NCBI GenBank assembly: GCA_040285825.1
Contig: JAUPSS010000006.1
Location: 620,001 to 684,000 of the forward strand
Reading direction: 5' to 3'
DNA: 64,000 nt
Origin: Eukaryota sp. TZLM1-RC
Taxonomy: Eukaryota; Protista; Metamonada: BaSk clade
Shown: one piece after another, positions 1 to 10,707 of the stretch
How positions within the stretch are numbered: position 1 is the first letter of the stretch
Layout: the number at the start of each line of letters is the position of its first letter
Translations under genes and position numbers: made by a program
The notes under the pieces: generated by a model
What the model was told of the DNA's origin: nothing
What the model saw: only the letters and a program-made list of their open reading frames with translations
Database searches by the model: none

Positions 1-19
1 TACCGAAGGGGAGTTGACC

Positions 20-265
20 TTAAAATATGAGTGAATTTTTCCAGAATAACAAATTTTTAAAATAAAAAAATTTGATGTGTTTCTCAATGTCACATTCAGC
101 AATAAAACTAAGATCCTTGTCAAACTTCTCCAATAAATTGTTTAACTGGGAATAAATTTCATCCAAATTGCCAAGCCAACATCCAAGAAACTTAAAAGCT
201 TGTTGGTCATAATTGATAAAAGGAATCTGAGCTCCACCAATCATCAAAGATTGTTTTTCTCTACC
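20..265 (-). pseudogene. Fragment of CRE-like non-LTR retrotransposon RT (thumb region)
   Basis: FKFLGCWLG...IEKHIKFF matches the RT fragment at 21116-21755 (FRFLGCYLG...IEKHLKFFFLKICYSGKFTH); frameshifted. Confidence 0.75.
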
Positions 266-641
266 AATTTATTTATTTATTTATTTATTTATTTAATTTC
301 TTCGTTTAATACAAAAATAGTTGAATTTTGCGTTTTCACTAATTAATGTTCCTACTCCACAAATTTTTGAGAAAACTTAACTATTAATTTTCTACATTGA
401 GCGATAGAAGCACACGAAGTAAAAATTTAGACTTTTGTCCAACCGAAACGACCTTAATGTGGACTAACATAAGCATGAACGGTAATTTGGGACATTTTAC
501 ATCCAATTTATTGTGACAAAACTTTTGCACGTAACTCATTGAACTTTTGGGCCAAAGGTTTCGTAATAAGAATTATGGAATTTAATGGAATGATATTCAA
601 GTATTGAACTTCAACAAAGTCCTCAATCCATTATCACATCA

Positions 642-3002
642 ATGTCCAAGCACCCTACTCTCTCATCCTACCACGATGTCACGCCTTCTTCTTTACTGAC
701 GTGCTGCCGTGAAGATGCACCGCCTTCTTCGTTTGATTCATACTCTTCCCATTTCCCCTCTTCAATCCCTGTCAACTCTTCTGTGTCTTCCCATCATCCC
801 TCTTCAAGAACCACAGACCTCTCCCCTGACAAAGAAAATTCTTTTCGCCTTTCCCTCACCAGCTCTGTCAATGACGACACGAAATCAAGTTTGCCCTCTA
901 CTGCCTTTCCGTCAGCGATGGACGTGGCTCCAAACCACTATATTATTCAAGAGTCTTCCATATCAAGTGCTTGTGAAGATGTGTCGGCCGACCCAAACCC
1001 CGATCGATCGGACAGGATGGTTGGGATTAAGTCCATTTCTGTGGGTGGTTGCCACACACTTCTTCTCACATATTCTGGTGAGGTTTTTGGTTTGGGGAGT
1101 AATGATTATGGTCAAGTTCTCTATGATGGACCTGAATCAATCAAATCACCGATCAAATTACCTTTAAATGATATTCAAGTTATTTCAGCTAGTATTAATC
1201 ACTCCCTTTCCCTCTCTTTTGACGGTAAGTTGTATGGTTGGGGTAGGAATAGATTAAACCAAATCAATAGATCAAGTAAGGACAAACTACCAATAACTAA
1301 AATAAACATTCCTTGTAAAATTAAGGAAGTTTATTGTGGTGTGTTTTGTTCATTTGCTTTAACCCATGAAGGTCAAGTTGTTAAATGGGGAAATTCGGGA
1401 TCATTTGAATTAATTAAAGGGTTAAATAATATTGTTTCAATGTCCGTGTATGGTTTTTTTTTGGTCGCAGTTGATTTAAATGGTGATTTCTTTCATTTTA
1501 TTGCAAGATACCGAAAACCAAATGAGTTACTGCAAATAGAAGTCACCAAACAGATATCTCCCAAAGAACCATCCCAGGGTTCTTTTTTGTTTGTTTGTAT
1601 TCATTTATTTGTAATTGATGTAAATGGTGATGTTTGGAGGTTCAGCAAGCTTTATAATGATGGCACTTTCAATAACAAACCAACCAAAGTTCCAGGGTTG
1701 AGTAATATTGTTTTTATTAATGGTTGTAATGGTATTTATGCTGCCATTAATAATAGTGGTAAAGTTTTTGTTTGGGGTCAGTTGAGTAGAATAAGTGAGT
1801 TTTATGAAGATAGTGATGAACCAAGATGTATCGAAGCTTTCACTAATGTAGAAGGTATTTCAATAGGTGAAACCTTCCTTTTCGCTTACAACAAGAACAC
1901 TGTTTGGGCTTGGGGAAGGAACGATAAAGGTCAATTAGGTACATGTGATTTGATTGATCGACCACAACCTGTCAAAGTATTTGGATCTGAAATACTTGGC
2001 AGTTTTCGTCATCCAAAGCGGCCTTTGAATAGCATGTTTAGTGGTCTAGTCAAATTAATTTACTTTGAATATTTAAAACAATTGAAAAACTTGTTTGGTA
2101 ATTGTCGTTATCCAAAAGCCAGATTCTATACCAAATTTGGTATTAGCAAAAAGGTTGCCAAAATTGCCATGGAAGTTATCTGTGGTTTTGAATTTTTAAA
2201 AGATCCCCAAAATTTAGATTTAAATGAAAATATTTGTGAATTACAATTGCAATTATCTACTGATTATAATGGTCCTAAAGTTATTAATACTAGAATTAAA
2301 AAACTTGAGGTTCACTTTTATGAGGTTGATAATGATCCAGAATTATTGTCATTTTTCCCAAATGTTGAGGTTATTAGGCTTAATGGACTATTAAGTAATG
2401 ATAGAAGGTTTTCTTTAAACTTTGCACATTTATCAAATCTGAAGTATCTAGAGTTGAGTTATCTATTCAATGTAGAACAACTACCCACCTCACTAGTGAA
2501 GTTAGTGTTTAAACATGGGAACATTAGGGTTACTGATTTAAGCTATCTTACATCATTAAAAGAGTTGGTGGTGATATACGACGTCATTTCACAAAGAATA
2601 TTAGAAGGGAAAATACCCTTACCTCAATCGATTGTGAGATTGGAATCATGTTGTTTTGGATTGTTCAACACTGTCAATATTAAAATACAATTACCCAACT
2701 TGGAGGAGTTGGTAATTCATGACGCAGTTCCCGCCAATATCACTGAACAAAACTTTCTTTCTTTGAAATTTATTCAATTTATTAAATCAAATGAATACAG
2801 CCTGCCAAATTCTCCCCTATTTCCGACAACACTTATTAATCAAGGTTTAATTAAATCTGTTAAACTAATCAAGAATCGATATTTAGTTGAATTATCTTGT
2901 TTTCCATGGTGGATTCAGTATCCAGCTAAAAGGTTTTTGATTGATATTTTTCATGATTATTTAGATGAAACTGAGGAAGCTTATAAGAAAGGAATAGTTT
3001 AA
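642..3002 (+). CDS. RCC1-repeat beta-propeller protein with Ser-rich N-terminus and C-terminal LRR/FNIP-like repeats
   Basis: 786-aa ORF; RCC1 motifs GGCHTLLL..GEVFGLGSNDYGQ, GKLYGWGRN, VWAWGRNDKGQLG; LRR-like LPTSLVKL, LTSLKEL, LPQSIVRL, LPNLEEL. Confidence 0.85.
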   Translation: MSKHPTLSSYHDVTPSSLLTCCREDAPPSSFDSYSSHFPSSIPVNSSVSSHHPSSRTTDLSPDKENSFRLSLTSSVNDDTKSSLPSTAFPSAMDVAPNHYIIQESSISSACEDVSADPNPDRSDRMVGIKSISVGGCHTLLLTYSGEVFGLGSNDYGQVLYDGPESIKSPIKLPLNDIQVISASINHSLSLSFDGKLYGWGRNRLNQINRSSKDKLPITKINIPCKIKEVYCGVFCSFALTHEGQVVKWGNSGSFELIKGLNNIVSMSVYGFFLVAVDLNGDFFHFIARYRKPNELLQIEVTKQISPKEPSQGSFLFVCIHLFVIDVNGDVWRFSKLYNDGTFNNKPTKVPGLSNIVFINGCNGIYAAINNSGKVFVWGQLSRISEFYEDSDEPRCIEAFTNVEGISIGETFLFAYNKNTVWAWGRNDKGQLGTCDLIDRPQPVKVFGSEILGSFRHPKRPLNSMFSGLVKLIYFEYLKQLKNLFGNCRYPKARFYTKFGISKKVAKIAMEVICGFEFLKDPQNLDLNENICELQLQLSTDYNGPKVINTRIKKLEVHFYEVDNDPELLSFFPNVEVIRLNGLLSNDRRFSLNFAHLSNLKYLELSYLFNVEQLPTSLVKLVFKHGNIRVTDLSYLTSLKELVVIYDVISQRILEGKIPLPQSIVRLESCCFGLFNTVNIKIQLPNLEELVIHDAVPANITEQNFLSLKFIQFIKSNEYSLPNSPLFPTTLINQGLIKSVKLIKNRYLVELSCFPWWIQYPAKRFLIDIFHDYLDETEEAYKKGIV

Positions 3003-3380
3003 CTTAATGATTGGTTTTTTTGGTTCTTTGTGATTATTATTTTCAACAATTTTATAAATGATTTTATTTATTTTTTTCCCGAAATTATGGGGATTTAAAT
3101 TCATAACCCAGTAGTACATAATTTACTTTTATTGATTGTATCTTTTTGACTAAAAACAAAAATATTTTGTTAAAATTTAATATTGTTTTAAATTTTTCTG
3201 ACCAAATACACCACAAAATGAATCATAAATACTTTTTGTGGCTGTAACAGTGAAACGTGGTGAAAAGTTAACTTTATACAAACAAAACTATGAGAGTAAT
3301 GAAACTACCATCTACATCATGAATCAACATATTTACGAGATAAAAAATTTGGGTGAAAAAATCTGGAATTGGAATCCAAA

Positions 3381-3550
3381 TGTTAGCCAGGCTAAACTCC
3401 TCTTGCCGATTTCGGAAAGTATGACGTGATGTATCACGTCAACATTAGTTTAAATTTGTTATTGTTTAGTTTATTTTGATTTTCTACCTCTGTTCTATAA
3501 ACATCTGTTTTTATTCGTTTATGGAAAACCAACGTGCACTAAAGCCAACA
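3381..3550 (+). repeat. 5' LTR (TGTTAGC...GCCAACA)
   Basis: Direct repeat of 10538-10707; TG..CA ends with imperfect terminal inverted repeat; internal hairpin TGACGTGAT-GT-ATCACGTCA. Confidence 0.95.
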
Positions 3551-3561
3551 GTAATTACTGT
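3548..3561 (+). promoter_or_regulatory. Palindrome ACAGTAATTACTGT at the primer-binding-site position
   Basis: Perfect 14-bp palindrome spanning the 5' LTR end; no TGG-type tRNA PBS directly after the LTR; role in priming is inferred. Confidence 0.6.
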
Positions 3562-6500
3562 GGACCCCAGAGAATCCTCCTCCGTAGCCAGGTACCCTCA
3601 AGTCGCTCCTTATTTACAACACACTGGTCGAGAAGCCATCTCCCAGTATGTGGAAGCGCTTAAGGTGTACGCATCCCGTATGTCCTCCAATCATGTCTCG
3701 TCAGACATGACAAGAAGATATCCGTCTTCTACTCACTCACAGTCTCCCTCCAGTACGAAGGCATCCGAGTCCTCCTCCTGCGATTCTGACCGAGAAGCTA
3801 TCAAGGCTCTCGCCCAAGAAGTCGCTGCTCTGAAATCCCAACTTTCTCTCACCGAGAATTCCGAATTGAGCACTGAAGACACCTCCGAATCTACCCCTGT
3901 CTCCACGAACGAGAAAACCTAGTTCGACCTTGAACCCTCGAAACTTCAAACTTCCCTCCGAGATGGATTTTGAAGAAAGTCAAGACCCGCCTTCTGATTC
4001 CTCCGATACTACCAATGTCGCCACCTTCGAAAGACGCCGCCTCGTCTCTGAAAATCAGCTTCATCAAGCCATGCTGCCGTACGTGTTATGTACTATTGCC
4101 CCCGTGGTGTTGGAAACCTTCGAGATCTTCGAAGGAATCGATCCCAACGACCCTGAAGCCGTCCTTTCCCACTTGTTATCCTTTTGCCGTTTTGAAGACT
4201 CTGCTGAGGCTTATCACAAGCTTCAATCTCTGAAACTCAATCTGTCCGCCCCAACCGCTGAAGAAGCCATCACTTCTTACATCTCTGTCTTCCTCAAGAA
4301 ACTCCGACTCTGTCCCTCCGAACTACCTGAATCTGCTCGTATGAAGTTCTTTACGAATGGAATACGCCCCGAGAGACTCCGCTTTATCATCCGAACCGAC
4401 ATAGAAACTGGCTCTATTGGTAGCTTCTCCTCCTTAGTCTCTCACCTCCGTCAACTTCTCCCCTCCTATCACCTCCCGTACTCTGCTTACTATACTCTGC
4501 ATGGCCAAAACTTTCCTCCTCCTAGATCTCAACCCTCTCGTCAGAACTCTCGAACTCCTCAGGCCCACCGCTCTGCTAATAAGTCTTATTCTGTCCGCTC
4601 CACCCCTAAGTCCTCGCCTTCCCGTCAAAGTCCTCGTTCTGAGCAAAAATATCTCTCTCCTCAGAAGTCTCCCACTCCCATAACTTGTTTTTATTGCAAG
4701 GAGCCCGGCCATATGGTGAAGGACTGCCCAAAGCCTGGATGCAAAGCCAGCAAACCTCGAAAATATGGAAACAATCCTACCCTCCAAAGAAAGCACAACC
4801 TTCGCCGCCAAGTCAACCAAGTAACTGACGCCAACCCTGAAGAGCCTCAAGTTAATTTTATCGTTGATTCGATTCAGTCCGCCTTGAAAGAAGATACTGC
4901 CGTCGAGAGCATCAACCCGCATGGAGTAATGTCCTCATCCTCCTCTAGTTGTGATAATGATTCTTCTAGTTTGACCCTCAACCCTTTCTCCTCAATAAAC
5001 CTTTATAACTACTCGACATCTCCATCAACATCCAGAAGCTCAACACCCTCCCAGTCGTTCTCTGAAGCACAAGAGTTTCAAGAACTCTTCGATAACTTAG
5101 ATTCAATAGCCCCTCCTGCCTCAGATACCAGCCACGCTCTTATCTCTCGTTCTCTCTCATCCTCCTCTGAACCATCCTCTAATCCTATGTCTAATTCTAG
5201 CGAGTTAGTTTCGAAAGTTTCTTCAAGCTTATCTCATGTGGTACCGCCAGGAAAGGCTCCCTCCCGTAACATAGACTCTTTGTCGTTGGAAGCTAATCCC
5301 GACCTCGACACTGAGTCTGGGCTGGTTGACGCCTACTGTGCTTACGCCGACGGTGGAGTAACGCATGATGCCTCTGAATTAACCGAGAAACGCTCCATGA
5401 ACAAGACCAAAGGATCTAAGGAATTGTTCAAGAAGGACGACTCCTTCGCTAAGCCTACGATCTCAATATTTGAGAAAGAACTCAACAAGCCTGTAGACAA
5501 GAAGCTGCTCCACTTGAAGATCCTAGTCGATGAACAGACCTTCCTGTACGGAATGGTAGACACTGGAGCCACTATCTCTTGTATCTCTGAAGATCTAACC
5601 AAAAAGGCCAAGCTCCAACCCACGAATAACTCTCTTGAAGTAGGACTAGCTGATCGGACTAAAGTTGTCCGCCCCCTTGTTTCTGGAAAGCTCGCCTTCT
5701 CTCTCGGAGGCGCCGCTAAGCTCACCTTTATCGACGTAACCCTTGCTGTACTCCCTTGCCAGAATTCATGTATCATTGGTTGCGACCTCCTCAAAAGACT
5801 CGGCATCCTAACCAATGACTACCTCTTCCTTAACCTATCTGATAAAAATTATCAGTTAATGGAAGATGAATCAATCCCTGATCTGTTCATTCCTCCGTCT
5901 GACCGAGTCTCTTCTCTCTCCGCTCTCCCTGATCTGGACAAAACCTCGTTTCTGCTGAACGACCCTGCTCTGGAAACTTCGATCAAAGATTTATTGTTCA
6001 AATACCCAGAAGTATTTTCAAAGCTTCCAGCCCCTGAAGGTATATACTGTCCACCGATGCGCATTCCTTTCCACGATGAATCCAAGATTGTTTCTAAGAA
6101 ATTCCGTTACCTGTCCCCGGCTAAGCTAAAGGTTGCCAACGAAGAAATGGACGTGCTCGTAAACAATGGTTTTGCTGTGCCCTATGATGGACCCTGGAGC
6201 TCGCCCATATGTCTTGTCCAACGCCTTGGGAAACCTCCTCGTCTAACTGGAGATTACTCCGGTGTTGGAGGCATCAACGACCTAACTGTCCCTGTTCCAG
6301 CCGATTTGCCCAAGATTTCTGATGTCTGTGAGTTCCTTTCTGGTAATAAATACATTGCCACCCTGGATTTGCCAAAAGCCTTCTGGCAGTTAAATCTGTA
6401 TCCCGACGATCAAGAGAAATCGGCCATAGCCATCCCTGGAAGGAAGATCAAATACACTCGCGCTGCTTTTGGCCTAAAGAATGTTCCTGCTGTGTTTCAA

Positions 6501-9500
6501 AACCTCATGAAAGGTATTTTTGACTCTGAAGGAGTATTCATCTATATGGATGATATCATCATAGCCGCCTCAACGAAAGAAGCCTTCTTACAAAGAATAG
6601 ACTACATCCTGTCTCGTGCTGGCCGTTATCGTGTGAGAATCGGTCTTCACAAGTGTTCCTTCCAGACCGACCGACATCCAATCAAGATACTTGGAACCAT
6701 CTTTGAAGATGGAAAGCGCCGCATCGATCCCTCCAAGATAGAAACCGTACGTAACTTAGCCCCTCCGACTTCCATCCCCGAACTCCGATCCTTCACTGGC
6801 TCGATCAATTTTCTCCGTGACTGGCTCCCATCTGTGTCCAAAGAACTTGCCCCCTTAACTGCATTATTGAAGAACAAACCCAAACGCATCAAGTTAGGAC
6901 CTCAAGAACTCCAATGCTTCAACAATATCAAGGAAATGGTGATTAATAGCCTTCCTCTCGCCTTACCTGACCCAGATGACACAATTCTTGTGTCCACCGA
7001 CGCATCTGACAAAGCTATCGCTGGTATTGTCTGGAAAGAGTTAGAACCTTGCCCCCCCCAGGAACCTGCCTTTCAAAACGCAAGGTAATGCCCGTGTCTT
7101 TCTACTCACGTATTCTGACTCCTTCACAACAGCGATGGTCCACCCTTCAGAAAGAGCTTTTCGCTATAGTTATGACGTTGAACCAACCCAATCTCTCGTC
7201 ATATCTTCTGACTAAGCACCTAACCATTTTCTGCGATCACAAGAACCTTGAATATTTGTTCTCTTGCCCCGACAACAATCGAGTTGTTCTCCGATGGATC
7301 CCCGTCTTTCAGTCCTTCTCCTTCGACTGCGTTCACATTGAAGGAACTAAGAACTACTGGGCTGACTACTTATCTAGGGCTAACTATGTCGAAACAGCTT
7401 CAAAGAAGAAGGAAAAAGAAGAGAAGAAGACCAGAAGTGTCTTTGACAACCCTGCGCCCGCCCTGTGCTGCATGATGACTCATCGAGGATCGGCCAGATC
7501 TCCTCTGTGGGATTACCTGAACCTCGACGATCTGATGCACCCCTCCCCTCATTGGTACGACATTGACTTCGATACCACTCGTTGAACCCACCATCCTTCC
7601 GCCCTCCGTCCTGAGCATTCCGTAACTTCTTACCTCAACTCCAGCAAACACTTTATCCAATACAATTTGAATCCTGAGCCTAACGAACTACTCTCTCCCT
7701 CTTCCGCCCGCTTCTTCGTCCTCTCAACTGATTTACCACTCCTGTTTAACAACACAATCGCTCCAAGAGACTTTGGCAAAGCTGCTTTTAATCCTCGACC
7801 TGTGTCCGTTCCTATTGACCCCGATGCTGAACCCCTTTGTCTTTATGCCAGAAACTTCAAGGTTAATGATTTGATTCAACAAGCCAACTGGAACTCTCGC
7901 ATCTATTTCCAGCATCCCAAGATGCCCCAGTTAGACTACCTCCCCAAGGTTATGCCGCTGAACGCTCACCTCATTATTCTCAACTACATTCATCCCGATG
8001 TCACTCTAGGTTCTCTAATTGACTATGCGCATATCTTCCACTTGATCCCTGTCCCCACTCACATGGCCCCTTTTAGCTGGGAAAGAAATCGCCACCTCAC
8101 CCACCGATACCACCTTCTAATCAATCGATCATATCTGAATAAGGACCCACCACCGTTATATTTCCCCAACCTGTGGAAACGTGCCAACCAAAGTAGCCGC
8201 TGCTTTCATGATTCAACCCCCCTTCCTTGTAACCCCAGAGAATGTCCAAACTCCCCTAAATGTGATCATTTCCCCTGGATTCCTGATACTCATACCGGTA
8301 CCCCTTTTGGTGAACAGCTATATGATTTTTGCTTACTCCCTACCGCTCTGACATACTCTGACCTGAGACCTACCCCTAGACGCCTTGCTTTAACCGATCA
8401 CCAACCTCTCCCTGACCCCTTTTACGTCGACTACACCACACCCTCATCTCGAGATATCACTTCCTTCATTCCCCTTTGCCTAATCAAGCCTGAGATCCAC
8501 TCCGTCTACCATTACGACGATGACGAGGTCACTCCCTGTCCCATAGCCATTCCATGCCTGGAGATGGTTTATAGCCATCGAATAGACCCTCATGATAGAA
8601 GAATTCACTACCTCTATTTGCCACTGGATTATCACTCTGTCCTTGGAACTGAAAACGAACCTCAGTTCATGCTAGAAACATCTCGAGTTTGTGCTCACTT
8701 CGAGGACATCCGTTCTCTTCTGTTTGACGGCCCAACTCAATATTACTCCCGCCTTGACTTCGTTTTACGAGATAAAGTTCTCGAAATCATTAGTTATAGA
8801 GATGGTCGTCAGGCCTTCATAGACATCAACCGCTCCTCAGACGACCTCCCCACTTACTACCTTCCTAGTTTCCAGTTCCACTTGCCTACCCGCAGAGAGA
8901 TCTTTGAACTCCACCCAGAAGTATTTGATCATCCTCGTTTCCTCCGTTCCCAATTCATGTCTGAAGATGATGAACATGATCAAAGATTCGGTTCTGATTC
9001 AGCAATGATTGACATCTCTTCTGACAGCGACGAACATACCGTATCAGCCATTACTGCTGCCATTCCCGATGATTCCTCTGCTAGCTCAGACCACCTTCCG
9101 CCCGCTCCAAGAAGTTCCCCTGCCCAAGCCGTGCTGAATAAATTATTCAAGGCCCAGCAGAAACTCTCTGACAACGACCCCCTCTTTGCCTCTTGCAAGA
9201 TCGACCCCCAGTCTGACCTGAAGCTAACTTCTGATCATAAGATTCTAGTACCACCGGTCCTGCGTCCCGAGATCCTCTTGCTCATTCACGGAGCAACTGA
9301 AGCTGGCCACGCTCCTCTTGATGACTGCTGGAAAAGGCTAAAATCTTCTGACTATTATTGGCCGTCCATGAAATCTGATCTAACTACCCAGATCAAGAAC
9401 TGCATTCCCTGTCAGAAAACCGCTCCCGTGATTTCCCCATCCATTCCATCCACTGGATCCCTCAACTCCACCAACCGACCCTTCGAGTACTTGCATTGGG

Positions 9501-10504
9501 ATAGCATAGGTCCTCTTGCCCCCGACGTAGCTGGTTTCAAGTACATCATCCATTTCGTGGATGCTTTCTCTAAGTTCAGTATTCTAGTTCCCTCCCGCGA
9601 TGTTAAGGCCCAAACCGTAATTGATGCCCTTTTTACCCATGTGTTTTCCATATTCGGCGCGCCTAAGTCAATTCATTCAGACAATGGCCCTGAATTCTCT
9701 AACCAGATCTTTACCTTAATGTGTTCCTACCTGAATCTCGAGCACACCCTCTCTATCCCTCATTTTCATCAATCTAATGGATTGGTCGAACGGCAACACC
9801 GAACCTTTCTTCAGGCTCTCCGGAAGTTATTGCTCGACTTCTCTGATTACGACAATTGGTCTCACTACGTCCCAATCTGCCAGATGCTAATCAACTCCCA
9901 ACATCGCTCCTCTCTGAACCACTCCCCCTATCAGCTAATATTTGGTACCGAGACCTCTCCACGTTTGCTCCCTCATACCATCCTAGATCGTCTGTCTTCC
10001 GTACTTCATGAACCAGATATTCCAGAATATATTCTTCATACTGCCTCTCTGACTGACCAGCTAACTCGTTCTTGGGCCTCCGTAATCTCCACTTCCAAGA
10101 ACACGTCTACGCCAGCTCCTCCCAGATACTCTCCCCATGTTAACGATCGAGTTTTTATTCTGCGCGAGAAGCCAGACAAACTCCATGGCCACTACGTGGG
10201 TCCTTACATCATTGAAGAAATTTTATCCTCCAGTTCTGTCCTTGTGTTTAATCCCGTGACCCGCTCGAAACTCAAGACCTCCACTCATTTGATCAAGCCC
10301 TGTTATTCCTCGTTACCCCAATCCGTTCTAGATGCGTATGCAGCTGCCGACTCCGGCGAAACCTTTTTAGACGCTATTTTAGACATTTCCCAGGAAATCG
10401 CCACTATCCTGTGGTCTGACGGAACCACTACCAAACAACCGGTTTCCTCAATAAAGAATACTTCCGCCTATTCCCGTTATGTGAAACTATCCGATCCTCC
10501 GGCC

Positions 10505-10537
10505 AAGAAACAACGAAAAAGAAGGAAGAAGAAGCAG
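10505..10537 (+). promoter_or_regulatory. Polypurine tract
   Basis: AAGAAACAACGAAAAAGAAGGAAGAAGAAGCAG directly before the 3' LTR. Confidence 0.8.
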
Positions 10538-10707
10538 TCTTAGCCAGGCTAAACTCCTCTTGCCGATTTCGGAAAGTATGACGTGATGTATCACGTGAAC
10601 ATTAGTTTAAATTTGTTATTGTTTAGTTTATTTTGATTTTCTACCTCTGTTCTATAAACATCTGTTTTTATTCGTTTATGGAAAACCAACGTGCACTAAA
10701 GCCAACA
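10538..10707 (+). repeat. 3' LTR
   Basis: Copy of 3381-3550; begins TCTTAG instead of TGTTAG; followed by TSD CAAA. Confidence 0.95.

Larger units (their letters stand above)
3521..10543 (+). pseudogene. Gag-Pol polyprotein interrupted by two frameshifts (~3870-3920 and the C8 run at 7052-7059) and one in-frame TGA (7583-7585)
   Basis: CCHC knuckle CFYCKEPGHMVKDC (4686); protease VDTGA (~5556); RT LDLPKAFWQ and YMDD (6543); RNase H TDASD...KELFA...CDHKNL...ADYLSR; integrase H..H..C..C, WDSIG, SDNG, LVERQ; GPY; chromo-like LDAILD...WSDG..T.QP. Confidence 0.9.
3381..10707 (+). mobile_element. Near full-length Ty3/Gypsy-type LTR retrotransposon (gag-PR-RT-RH-[unknown domain]-IN-chromo-like)
   Basis: 170-bp direct LTRs (2 mismatches), 4-bp TSD CAAA (3377-3380 and 10708-10711), domain order PR-RT-RH-IN. 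Confidence 0.95.

Noticed and set aside
3870-3930. Programmed gag/pol frameshift
   Set aside because: It lies inside gag, upstream of the capsid region, with no recognised slippery site; treated as an indel.
7049-7062. Programmed -1 frameshift at the C8 run
   Set aside because: It falls in the middle of RNase H, so a homopolymer sequencing error or decay is more likely; the element has other lesions.
7583-7585. TGA=Trp alternative genetic code
   Set aside because: TGA ends the kinase ORF at the natural end of the domain, and long host ORFs use TGG; a point mutation or local readthrough cannot be separated here.
4434-9651. Antisense ORFs within the LTR element
   Set aside because: Shadows of the C-rich sense frame with no recognisable motifs.
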